A stretch of 64,000 nucleotides of DNA from Vicinamibacteria bacterium (lineage in GTDB: Bacteria > Acidobacteriota > Vicinamibacteria > Marinacidobacterales > Marinacidobacteraceae): positions 44,449-108,448 of the forward strand of contig OY729431.1 in assembly GCA_963422395.1 (NCBI GenBank). The letters run 5' to 3'. A model generated the notes under the pieces. That model had not been told where the DNA came from, ran no database searches, and saw only the letters and a program-made list of their open reading frames with translations. Positions 8,487 to 16,873 of this stretch are shown piece by piece. The first letter of the stretch is position 1; every line of letters starts with the position of its first letter. A program made the position numbers and the translations under genes.

Positions 8487-9605
8487 ATGCCCGCAGCCGC
8501 GAAACCAGGGGCACTCCCCGAGGTCCGCCGGGACTCGATCCGCCGGGCCGAAGTTCGCGTGCCCACGCCCGACCTCGACGGCGACCTGCGATTCCTGGTG
8601 GACACCCTCGGTTTTCGGCTCGAGCGCATCTGGCCCGCCGACGATCCCGCGTTCTGCTCGCTTACCGGCTACGGGGCGGGAATCCGCTTGGAGCGGAGCA
8701 CCGGCGCCGCGGCGGCGGAAATCACTCTCCATACCGAGGATCCGGCACGGTTCGCCGGCGGCGAGCAGATGCTCGTTACCCCCGGCGGTCTCCGGATCAC
8801 GGTAGCGGCAGCAACCCCGCAGGCCGCTATTCCGGAAACCGTCCACGAACTCGTGGTCCGTCGGCTGGCCGAACAGGAGTCCTGGGGCGTCGGCCGCGCG
8901 GGGATGCGCTACCGGGACCTGATCCCCGGCCGGCTGGGAGGCGCCATCATCGCTTCGCACATCCGGATCGCTGACGAGGGGCCGGTGGACGACCTGGTCC
9001 ACTACCACACGGTCGGCTTCCAGCTCATCTTCTGCCACCGCGGCTGGGTTCGGCTGGTCTACGAGGATCAGGGCCCGCCCTTCGTGCTGGAGGCCGGGGA
9101 CTGCGTGATCCAGCCCCCGGAGATTCGCCACCGGGTGCTCGCCTCCTCCGCCGGGATGGAGGTGATCGAAGTCGGCGTTCCCGCCGAGCACCTCACCACG
9201 ATAGACCACGCCATGGAGTTGCCGACTCCTCATTTCCGCCCCGAGCGCGCGTTCCAGGGCACCAGGTTCCTGCGGCATCGAGAGCGGGGGGCGCGTTGGG
9301 AGCCCTGGCGCATCCCCGGGTTCGAGATGCGCGACACCGGGGTCGCTCGGGCCACACGGGGGATCGCGGGAGTTCAGGTTGCTCGAAGGGTCCCCGGGCG
9401 GGCGGTTCCAGCCAGCAGCCACGATCGGGACATCCTGTTCGGTTTCGTGCGCAGGGGGACGATGTACTTGGAGGCCGAGGACCACCCCCGGCGGACACTC
9501 GCCGCCGGCGACACCTTCGTCCTGCCGCCGCACCTTCCGGTCGCTCTCGGAAGCCCCTCCGACGACCTCGAGATCCTCGAAGTGACGCTGCCGGCCGGCT
9601 GCTAG
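8487..9605 (+). CDS. bicupin (double cupin-fold) protein
   Basis: Two cupin-like segments are present: HYHTVGFQLIFCHRGWVRLVYEDQG and DILFGFVRRGTMYLEAEDH...GDTFVLPPH. The competing minus-strand ORF is low-complexity. Confidence 0.5.
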   Translation: MPAAAKPGALPEVRRDSIRRAEVRVPTPDLDGDLRFLVDTLGFRLERIWPADDPAFCSLTGYGAGIRLERSTGAAAAEITLHTEDPARFAGGEQMLVTPGGLRITVAAATPQAAIPETVHELVVRRLAEQESWGVGRAGMRYRDLIPGRLGGAIIASHIRIADEGPVDDLVHYHTVGFQLIFCHRGWVRLVYEDQGPPFVLEAGDCVIQPPEIRHRVLASSAGMEVIEVGVPAEHLTTIDHAMELPTPHFRPERAFQGTRFLRHRERGARWEPWRIPGFEMRDTGVARATRGIAGVQVARRVPGRAVPASSHDRDILFGFVRRGTMYLEAEDHPRRTLAAGDTFVLPPHLPVALGSPSDDLEILEVTLPAGC

Positions 9606-9640
9606 CTGTGACCTTGCGGTAGGTTGTTCAGGGGGAAATG

Positions 9641-9697
9641 AACACTACATATAGTGGTCGATCGCGTCTGGAATCGTTCTGCAGCGCAGGCTGCTAG
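9641..9697 (-). mobile_element. MITE-A family element (57-bp copy, reverse orientation; may extend to 9605 with a degenerate left end)
   Basis: Reverse complement tCTAGCAGCCTGCGCTGCAGAACGATTCCAGACGCGATCGACCACTATATGTAGTGT is ~93% identical to 11402-11457. It sits immediately after the TAG stop (9603-9605) of the cupin gene. Confidence 0.6.
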
Positions 9698-9771
9698 ACC
9701 GGACCCGTCTGACTGAAGCGCGCGCCGGGGGCTGCCTCGGCGTTTCTCCGGAGGGCGCTCGAAGGGGCGGC

Positions 9772-11400
9772 TCACTTCTCCCGGTATCCCGGGCCGCGCA
9801 GCACCCGTCCCGGCAGGGCACCCGTCGGTTCCCCGTCGGCGACGACCGCGATCCCGTTCACGAAGACCCATTCGATGCCTTCCGGGTAGCGTTCCGGCTC
9901 CTCGAAGGTGGCGGCGTCGCGCACCGTAGCCGGATCGAAGAGCACCAGATCGGCGCGCATTCCGGGGCGGAGGAGGCCGCGGTCGGTGAGACCGAGGCGG
10001 TTCGCCGGCGCCGAAGTCATCTTGCGGACCGCTTCTTCGAGGGAAAGAAGCCCTTCCTCGCGCACATAGCGGGCGAACACTCGCGGATGGGTCCCGAAGG
10101 AGCGGGGGTGAGGCTTCCCCATCGGAGTCCGCATCCCCCGAGCGAGGGCGCTGCCGTCCGAACCGATGTGGGTGAAAGGCAGCGAGAGCGCCTGGCGCAG
10201 GTTGGCTTCCGTGTTCCCGAACGAGATCTGGAATCCCTCTCCTTCCTGTTCCACGAGCAGGTCGAGGAGCGCCTCCGCCGGCGACAGTCCCCGCGCCTCG
10301 CCGAGGTCCAGGATCGAGAGGCCGTCGACCTCTTCGCGGAACGAGCTCACGAAAGTCCGCTCCCATCGCGGCCGCTCCCTTTCTCCGGCGCGCAGCTCCG
10401 AAAGCAGCAGCTGCCGCTCGCCGGGGTCGGTGAGCCGACGCAGCATCCGCCCAACGCCGCCCTCCTGGGCCCAGCGAGGGAGCAGAGAGCGCAGGTAGGT
10501 CCATCCGGCGATGTACGGATAGACATTGCCGGTGACATCCACTCCGGAAGCGCGGGCTTCGGCGATCACCGCCGCGTACTCCGCGATCCGCTCCCCCGAA
10601 GTGGAGTTGAGATGATGGATCTCGAGGGCGATTCCCGCCTCGCGGGCGATGCGGATTCCTTCGGACAACCCGGCGAGCCCGCCCCGCAGGTGGCTCACAT
10701 AGAAACCGCCGGAGGACGCCGCGACCCGCGCCAGGCGGATCAGTTCCTCGGTGCTTGCAAAGGCGTTCGGGATGTACGCCATCCCGCTCGAAAGCGCGAA
10801 CGCCCCCTCTTCCATCGCCTGGGACACGAGCGTCTCCATGGCCTGCAGCTCCGCTTCCGACGCGGCGCGCTCTTCGTATCCCATCACCGAGGCGCGCACC
10901 TGACCGGCGCCCACATAGGAGACGACATTGGGACCGACGCCGGCGAACTCGAGCCGATCGAGATAGCCGCCGAGCGTCGTCCAGTCGCGTTCGATCGGAG
11001 GAGCGACCATCATCGGGTCATCCACCGCAAGACCGAGAACCGGCCCGCCCGAGAGGTGCTCGCCGAGCACTTCGGTGGTGACCCCCTGCGCAACCTTGCT
11101 GAGCGCGCGCGGGTCCACGATGAGCCCGTATTCCGAGTGGGCGTGCATGTCGAGGAACCCGGGTGCGGCGACCAGCCCTTCGGCTTCGATCACGCGCAGG
11201 GCTTCCGGTTCCGCAGAGCCGACCTCGACGATGGTGTCTCCGGCGACGACGAGGTTCCCGCGGAACCAGGGACCGCCGGAACCGTCCACGACCCGCGCTC
11301 CCCGGAGGAGCAGGTCGGCAGTGGGCGAATCGCCCGGTGCCGGGCCGCAACCCGCAGCGAGTCCAAAGGCCCAAAGGACGAACGGAAGGGGTCGCGCCAC
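9772..11400 (-). CDS. N-acyl-D-amino-acid deacylase (D-aminoacylase) family amidohydrolase, probable lipoprotein
   Basis: LLLRGARVVDGSGGPWFRGNLVVAGDTIVEVG...FLDMHAHSE is the D-aminoacylase/metal-dependent amidohydrolase pattern. The N-terminus ARPLPFVLWAFGLAAGC has a lipobox. Alternative starts are GTG 11400, or ATG 11445 inside the MITE-A copy. Confidence 0.65.
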   Translation of the reverse strand: MARPLPFVLWAFGLAAGCGPAPGDSPTADLLLRGARVVDGSGGPWFRGNLVVAGDTIVEVGSAEPEALRVIEAEGLVAAPGFLDMHAHSEYGLIVDPRALSKVAQGVTTEVLGEHLSGGPVLGLAVDDPMMVAPPIERDWTTLGGYLDRLEFAGVGPNVVSYVGAGQVRASVMGYEERAASEAELQAMETLVSQAMEEGAFALSSGMAYIPNAFASTEELIRLARVAASSGGFYVSHLRGGLAGLSEGIRIAREAGIALEIHHLNSTSGERIAEYAAVIAEARASGVDVTGNVYPYIAGWTYLRSLLPRWAQEGGVGRMLRRLTDPGERQLLLSELRAGERERPRWERTFVSSFREEVDGLSILDLGEARGLSPAEALLDLLVEQEGEGFQISFGNTEANLRQALSLPFTHIGSDGSALARGMRTPMGKPHPRSFGTHPRVFARYVREEGLLSLEEAVRKMTSAPANRLGLTDRGLLRPGMRADLVLFDPATVRDAATFEEPERYPEGIEWVFVNGIAVVADGEPTGALPGRVLRGPGYREK

Positions 11401-11401
11401 G

Positions 11402-11519
11402 CTAGCAACCTGCGCCGCAGAACGATTCCAGACGCGATCGACCACTATATGTGATGTTCATCGACGAATCGATCTACTACATATAGTGGTCATTCTTTTC
11501 TGCGGCGCAGACTCCTAGA
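11402..11519 (+). mobile_element. MITE-A family element, full palindromic copy (~116 bp) with ~16-bp terminal inverted repeats and flanking TA
   Basis: TA|GCAACCTGCGCCGCAGAACGATTCCAGACGCGATCGACCACTATATGT...ACATATAGTGGTCATTCTTTTCTGCGGCGCAGACTCC|TA. Left and right ends are inverted repeats (GCAACCTGCGCCGCAG / CTGCGGCGCAGACTCC). Spurious ORFs through the copies translate to the recurring peptide CAAERFQTRST. Confidence 0.65.
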
Positions 11520-13938
11520 AGAACCGGAGCGAGTAGCTGATTCGGAACCCCCGGCCCCGCTGGGGAGCGAGATCCTTGATCAGCGAGGTGTGGTGACGGT
11601 AGTCGGTGTCTGTCAGGTTGTACGCCCGGACAGAAATGTTGGAGGTGGTGTGGTCGCTGAGGAAGACATAGGAAGCGGTGAAGTCGAGGACCGCGTACCC
11701 GTCGGTCGCGGTCTCGGTGCGGTACAGCCGATCCATCCGGGCTGCCCACCGCAGGCTGGGCGTCAGCTGGAGTCTGCCGACGGGGACATCGAGCCGCAGT
11801 TGGCCGCCGAGCGGGGGGATGCGCGGCAGGTATTCGTTCGAGGCGGTCAGCTGCGCATCCACGAAGGAAGCATTCGCCACCAGTTCCGCAGCGCCGATGT
11901 CCAGATGCCCTTCCACTTCGAAACCCTGGTACACGGCATCTGCTTGCAAGAATTCGAGGATCGGAAGCCCCCCTAGCTCTTCCCCGGCGGCGGCTCCGAA
12001 GATGAAATCGCCGATGTCGTAGCGAAACACGCTGAGACTACCGCTCGCATTCTCCGAGCCCTGCCGGAGGCTCAGATCGAGACCGAACGAGCGTTCCGTG
12101 CCGAGGTCGGGATTCCCGATCTCGAAGGCCAGGTTCCCGACATGGGGGCCGAAGTTGTAGAGCTCTTCCAGCGAAGGAGTGCGGGTCGAGTAGCTGGCTA
12201 CGGCCACCAGCGCGGACTGGTCGGTGAGAGAGAAACGGGCGCCTCCGCTCACCGAGCTCCCGAGAAAGTTCCGGTCTCTCACCGGCGCCGGCTCTTCGTG
12301 GTGCTCCTCCTCGTGGGGTTCTCCTTCCTCGTGCCCCTCTTCCTCATGCTCCTCTTCCTCATGCTCCTCTTCGTGGTGTTCCCCTTCCTCGGCGTCGTAC
12401 CGGTTTCGCTCGAGCCGGGCTCCCAGCATCCAGCTCAGGCGGTCGCTCATCCGAATTTCGTTGTAGGCGAACGCTGCCATCGAGTTTTGATGGGTCTGGG
12501 GAGCGAGAGCCTCCTCGCCCCTCGATTCGTAATCCCGGAAATGACCCCAGCCGCCTACTCGGCTCTGGACTCGGCCGGCCGACCGTTTCAGCTCCCCCCG
12601 GATCACCAGGGACCGATTGTCGAAGTGCGTCGCGATCTCGTCCGGCCCCCCAGCTGACAGTGTTTCGATTTCGTCCTGGTCGTAGTCGCTGTAGCGAAGG
12701 GTGAATTCGGCCTCCTGGAATACGGAACCCAGCTCCCGGATGCCGAAATCGGTCCGGACCTGCCGCCGCGCCATGGCGACATCCACCAACAGCTCCTCGT
12801 CTTCGTGAGCTTCTTCTTCCTCGTGGCCTTCCTCCTCCTCGTGTCCGTGGGCTCCGTGAAACTGCCCGGCGAACGGCACTCCGTAGCGCGAATCGTCCAA
12901 TTTCGCACTCGCGGCGAACCAACCGCGGTCGAAGGAGAGACCGAAGCCGGCTTCGCCCTGTTCCATCGAAGTCTCCGAGTTCTCCACCACACCGGCCGGG
13001 GATTCGTAGTCGCCGGTTCGATTCGCGTTGCCGCCGCCCCAGGCGAACCAGCCGGCACCGGAAGCCTGGACGCGGGCGCCGCCGCGGAGACCTTCATCGG
13101 CGGTCGAATAGTCGAGGTTCGCATGCCCCCGGAATCCGGCGGGAGGTCCATGGACCAGATGCGAGGCCATCGAGACCACATTCACCGCCCCGCCGATGGC
13201 GTTCGCTCCGTAGAGCAGAGTGGCCGGCCCGCGCACCACCTCGACCCGCTCCGCCTGTAGCGGGTCCAACGGGACGCCGTGGTCCGCAGATTGGCTGCCC
13301 AGGTCTCCCGTCCGCACTCCATCCTCCATCACCAGGACGCGGTCCCCATCGAAACCGCGCACCACCGGGCGGGCCGAACCCGGTCCGAAGCTGCGGACCG
13401 CCAAGCCTGGCGCGCCCTCGAGGAGCTCTGCCACCGTGCGCGCGGATTCGTTCTGCAGATCGAGCCCCTCGAAGGTCTGTACCGAATTGAATGCCTCGAT
13501 CGCGGTTTCGGGCCTGGCGGACGCCGTGACCGTGATGTGCTCGTGCGCCCGCGGCCGGAGTTCCAACAGGATCGGTGCGGGCAACTCGAAGGCGACTTCC
13601 TCGTCCTCGTCCACGACGACGGTTTCCACCGCGCTCAGGAAGCCCTGATCCACATGGAAAGTGAGGGCGCCGCGGTGCTCCACCGCCTCGAAGGAAAACC
13701 GTCCGTGCTCGTCGGTGTGGGTTACCCGGTTGGATTCCAGGAGGACGACTTCGGCGTCATGGGCGGGCTGACCGGTCTCGGCGATGAGCACGGCGCCCGA
13801 GACGGTGGGGTGGGCCCAAGCAGCGGGCGCGAGCCCGAGCCCGAGCCCGAACGACAAAGCGACCCGGGCCGCTGCCCTCGGAAACACCAGGGTCGGGAAA
13901 GAAGAATGGGGAAAACGGAAGGGGAATAGCCGCGGCAT
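11515..13938 (-). CDS. TonB-dependent outer-membrane receptor with N-terminal carboxypeptidase-regulatory-like domain and His/Glu-rich low-complexity inserts
   Basis: Signal peptide, then a plug region (LLEGAPGLAVRSFGPGSARPVVRGFDGDRVLVMEDGVR), a beta-barrel and a C-terminal aromatic YSLRFF. Two inserts, HGHEEEEGHEEEEAHEDEE and EEGEHHEEEHEEEEHEEEGHEEGEPHEEEHHEE, are present. Confidence 0.8.
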   Translation of the reverse strand: MPRLFPFRFPHSSFPTLVFPRAAARVALSFGLGLGLAPAAWAHPTVSGAVLIAETGQPAHDAEVVLLESNRVTHTDEHGRFSFEAVEHRGALTFHVDQGFLSAVETVVVDEDEEVAFELPAPILLELRPRAHEHITVTASARPETAIEAFNSVQTFEGLDLQNESARTVAELLEGAPGLAVRSFGPGSARPVVRGFDGDRVLVMEDGVRTGDLGSQSADHGVPLDPLQAERVEVVRGPATLLYGANAIGGAVNVVSMASHLVHGPPAGFRGHANLDYSTADEGLRGGARVQASGAGWFAWGGGNANRTGDYESPAGVVENSETSMEQGEAGFGLSFDRGWFAASAKLDDSRYGVPFAGQFHGAHGHEEEEGHEEEEAHEDEELLVDVAMARRQVRTDFGIRELGSVFQEAEFTLRYSDYDQDEIETLSAGGPDEIATHFDNRSLVIRGELKRSAGRVQSRVGGWGHFRDYESRGEEALAPQTHQNSMAAFAYNEIRMSDRLSWMLGARLERNRYDAEEGEHHEEEHEEEEHEEEGHEEGEPHEEEHHEEPAPVRDRNFLGSSVSGGARFSLTDQSALVAVASYSTRTPSLEELYNFGPHVGNLAFEIGNPDLGTERSFGLDLSLRQGSENASGSLSVFRYDIGDFIFGAAAGEELGGLPILEFLQADAVYQGFEVEGHLDIGAAELVANASFVDAQLTASNEYLPRIPPLGGQLRLDVPVGRLQLTPSLRWAARMDRLYRTETATDGYAVLDFTASYVFLSDHTTSNISVRAYNLTDTDYRHHTSLIKDLAPQRGRGFRISYSLRFF

Positions 13939-14046
13939 GGTGGAACCTCCTGTGCGCTGGGCATGGGAGGAACCGACCGAATAGAAGCCGGCCGACCAGG
14001 CCGGAAGGTTCCGAAAAAGGGGTATCCGCAGATACGCGCCGGCCGT

Positions 14047-14313
14047 TCAGGCCGGGGGTGCGCGGGGGATGCCGCCGGTCAGCTTGGGGGCATCCGCAAC
14101 GAAAAGTTGCGCTACGGCGCCCTCACCGACCCACTCGGAAGCGAGGGGCAGTTCCGGCCCGGCCGGCGGAGTAGCAACCCCCGCCCCGGAGCTTTCACAG
14201 ATCCGGCATTCCGAACCTGGTCGGTCAGGATGCTCATGGGCGAAAGCCCCGATCGACGCCGTCAGCAGCAACGCCGCCATCGCGACGGCGACGACGCGGG
14301 CGAAATTATTCAC
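14047..14313 (-). CDS. small secreted protein (signal peptide; HEH...CxxC motif), possible periplasmic metal-binding partner of the TonB-dependent receptor
   Basis: MNNFARVVAVAMAALLLTASIGAFA is a signal peptide, followed by HEHPDRPGSECRICE. The gene lies directly upstream of the TBDR gene on the same strand. Confidence 0.35.
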   Translation of the reverse strand: MNNFARVVAVAMAALLLTASIGAFAHEHPDRPGSECRICESSGAGVATPPAGPELPLASEWVGEGAVAQLFVADAPKLTGGIPRAPPA

Positions 14314-14340
14314 AGAGACGGACAGACCTTCTCTGTGATT

Positions 14341-14397
14341 CTAGCAATCTGTGCCGCAGAAGGATTCCAGACCCGATCGACCCCATCCATAGCACTC
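14341..14397 (+). mobile_element. MITE-A family remnant (5' half, diverged)
   Basis: TA|GCAATCTGTGCCGCAGAAGGATTCCAGACCCGATCGACC matches 11402-11443 at about 35 of 43 positions; the 3' part is lost. Confidence 0.45.
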
Positions 14398-14532
14398 GCA
14401 ACCGGGGTTCGCGCGCCCACGGAAGGCTGACCTTCGCGGAAACGGGTGCGGCTCGCCGAAGGCAGCGCCGACTACGATAGCGGCGCCTCGGGCCGGTGGG
14501 GTTCGATCGGAAAAGCGAACAGGAGCAGGCGA

Positions 14533-16776
14533 TTGCGGAGCGGAGTGCCCATCGGAATATCGGTCGTGCTGGCGGCGGTCGGACTGGCAGCGGTCGGACT
14601 GGCAGCGGGCTGGCTGGCGCCGGTGGAATCTGCGCCGGGCGGGCTCGCGCAGCGGCAGTCCCTCGGCCCGCTCGAACCGGTTCCGGCCGAAGGGGCTCCC
14701 GGTCTTTTTCGCCTGGCGATGTACCCCACCCCGGATCTCGCCCCGGCGACAGGAGCGGCCACCCTGCTCTGGGACCCCAGCCCCTTCGGCGTCTCGGTGA
14801 CCCGCGACGGAAACCAGCGCTACCGCATCGCTCTCGACATCACCGGGCTTCCTGAACCGGAGTCGCTCGGCGACTACCGGACTTATGTCGCCTGGGCGAC
14901 CACCCCGGTGTTCCAGCCGACGGTGCGCCTCGGCGAAGTCGGTAACGGATCGTTTCCGAATCTCGGAGTGGTGTCTTTCGACAAGTTCGTCCTCCTGGTG
15001 AGCGCCGAACCCTCCGGTGCGGTGGAAACGCGCACCGGCCGGCTGGTCCTGCGCGGCGCCTCCCCTTCGACCCGCATCCTTCCCGACAACCACCTGATGG
15101 TTCCGGTGAGCGGGAGCGGCGAGGCAGGAGCCGGCTCCGCGGCCCCGGACCACGCGGCGATGAGCCACGGGGCGGGGGAGGACGGGGAAGCCTCCGGGTG
15201 GCCGCATCCGCCGATGCTCGAGGAGACCCCGATGGTCCCCGGGCTCGGCCACCTGCGCCCGGAACCCCTGCCGTTCCTGCCGCGGGCGCCCGCCGACACC
15301 GCACTCCCCGATGCGGAGCCCTCGCAGATCGTCCGTCTGCGCGACGGGCAGACGCTCGATCTGATCGCCGGCCGGGTGAGGCGCCGCATCCACGGTCGAG
15401 ACTATGTGATGTACGGCTTCAACGGCCAGTACCCCGGACCGATGGTGCATGTGGATCGGGACGCCACCCTCTTCGTCGACTTCGAAAATCGGACCTCGTG
15501 GCCGACGGCGATCCACTGGCACGGAGTGCGGCTCGACAACGCCTTCGACGGCGTGCCCCATGTCACCCAGGATCCGGTGCCGCCGGGGGGCCGCTTCCAG
15601 TACCGGATCCACTTCCCGGACGCCGGCCTCTACTGGTATCACCCCCATCACCGCGAGGAGGTCCAGCAGGATCTCGGTCTCTACGGGAACCTGCTGGTCG
15701 AGGCTCCGGCGAACGAGTGGTACGCCCCGGTCCACCGCGAAGAGATCCTGATGCTCGACGATCTCCTGATCGCCGACGATGGCGGCCTTTTCCCCTGGGG
15801 AAGCAGCCGGGCGACCCATGCCCTCATGGGCCGGTTCGGCAACCTGCTGTTGGTCAACGGAGAGCCGGGGTACGAACTGGCTCTCGACCGGGGGGAAGTC
15901 GTGCGCTTCTTCCTCACGAATGTCTCGAACACCCGCACCTTCAACCTGGGGTTCGGAAAACCGGGCACCCACCGGATCAAGGTCGTCGGGTCCGACCTCT
16001 CCAAGTACGAGCGGGAGACCTGGGTGGATTCGGTCACGCTCGCCCCTGCCGAGCGTTACATCGTCGAGGTTCGCTACGAACAGTCCGGGGAGCACGCGCT
16101 GGAAAACCGCGTGCGCCCGCTGGAGCACGCCTTCGGCAGCTACTTCTCGAGGGTGAGCGCGCTGGGGACGGTTCGGGTCGGCGAGCGGGAGGCCGATCCG
16201 GCCGGCGCGCCCGGCTACGACTCACTGCGGGAGAACGCATCGGTGGTGGAGGAAGTGGACCGTTACCGGGCTCGTTTCGACGCGCCCCCGGACCGGGAAC
16301 TCGTTCTCAGCATGGAGGTTTCCGGCCTCGATCCGGCGATCATGCAGCGGATGCGCGCCGACCGGGTGTTCTTTCCCCCGGTGGAGTGGGCGCCGACCAT
16401 GCCCATGATGAATTCGGTCGCAACTCCAGACGAAGTGCGATGGATCGTGCGGGAACCGACGACCGGCCGAGAGAACATGGACATCGCCTGGCGTTTCCGG
16501 GTCGGCGATCTCGTCCACATCCGCATCGCGAACGACGCCGGCGCCCTCCACGCCATGCAGCACCCCTTCCACATCCACGGCCAGCGGTTCCTCGTGGTCC
16601 GCCGCAACGGCGCTCTCGTCGAGAACCAGGTGTTCAAGGACACCGTGCTGATCCCGGCCGGAGAAACCGTGGACATCCTGCTCGAAGTCACGAACCCCGG
16701 CAAGTGGATGGCCCATTGCCATATCGCCGAGCACCTCGAAGCCGGAATGCGCTTCGTCTTCGAAGTCGACCCCTGA
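14533..16776 (+). CDS. multicopper oxidase (laccase/CueO-like, extended form)
   Basis: Copper-site motifs HWHGVRL, WYHPHH and HCHIAEHLEAGM. The N-terminal TM/signal is VPIGISVVLAAVGLAAVGLAAGWLA. The start is a TTG at 14533 preceded by AGGAG at 14521; alternatives are ATG 14446 or GTG 14545. Confidence 0.75.
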   Translation: MRSGVPIGISVVLAAVGLAAVGLAAGWLAPVESAPGGLAQRQSLGPLEPVPAEGAPGLFRLAMYPTPDLAPATGAATLLWDPSPFGVSVTRDGNQRYRIALDITGLPEPESLGDYRTYVAWATTPVFQPTVRLGEVGNGSFPNLGVVSFDKFVLLVSAEPSGAVETRTGRLVLRGASPSTRILPDNHLMVPVSGSGEAGAGSAAPDHAAMSHGAGEDGEASGWPHPPMLEETPMVPGLGHLRPEPLPFLPRAPADTALPDAEPSQIVRLRDGQTLDLIAGRVRRRIHGRDYVMYGFNGQYPGPMVHVDRDATLFVDFENRTSWPTAIHWHGVRLDNAFDGVPHVTQDPVPPGGRFQYRIHFPDAGLYWYHPHHREEVQQDLGLYGNLLVEAPANEWYAPVHREEILMLDDLLIADDGGLFPWGSSRATHALMGRFGNLLLVNGEPGYELALDRGEVVRFFLTNVSNTRTFNLGFGKPGTHRIKVVGSDLSKYERETWVDSVTLAPAERYIVEVRYEQSGEHALENRVRPLEHAFGSYFSRVSALGTVRVGEREADPAGAPGYDSLRENASVVEEVDRYRARFDAPPDRELVLSMEVSGLDPAIMQRMRADRVFFPPVEWAPTMPMMNSVATPDEVRWIVREPTTGRENMDIAWRFRVGDLVHIRIANDAGALHAMQHPFHIHGQRFLVVRRNGALVENQVFKDTVLIPAGETVDILLEVTNPGKWMAHCHIAEHLEAGMRFVFEVDP

Positions 16777-16873
16777 TCCCGACCCGGAGGGGTCCGGCCG
16801 TCCCCGTTCGCTCGTTCGGCGGTTTCGATCGTCGCGCTCGACGGTTCTGCTCTCCCCCGAGGCCCGGAGGCGT

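Noticed and set aside
12285-12420. CTC/ATG-rich nucleotide repeats in the TBDR gene as a separate repeat element
   Set aside because: They are the coding basis of the His/Glu-rich insert, a low-complexity coding region, not an independent element.
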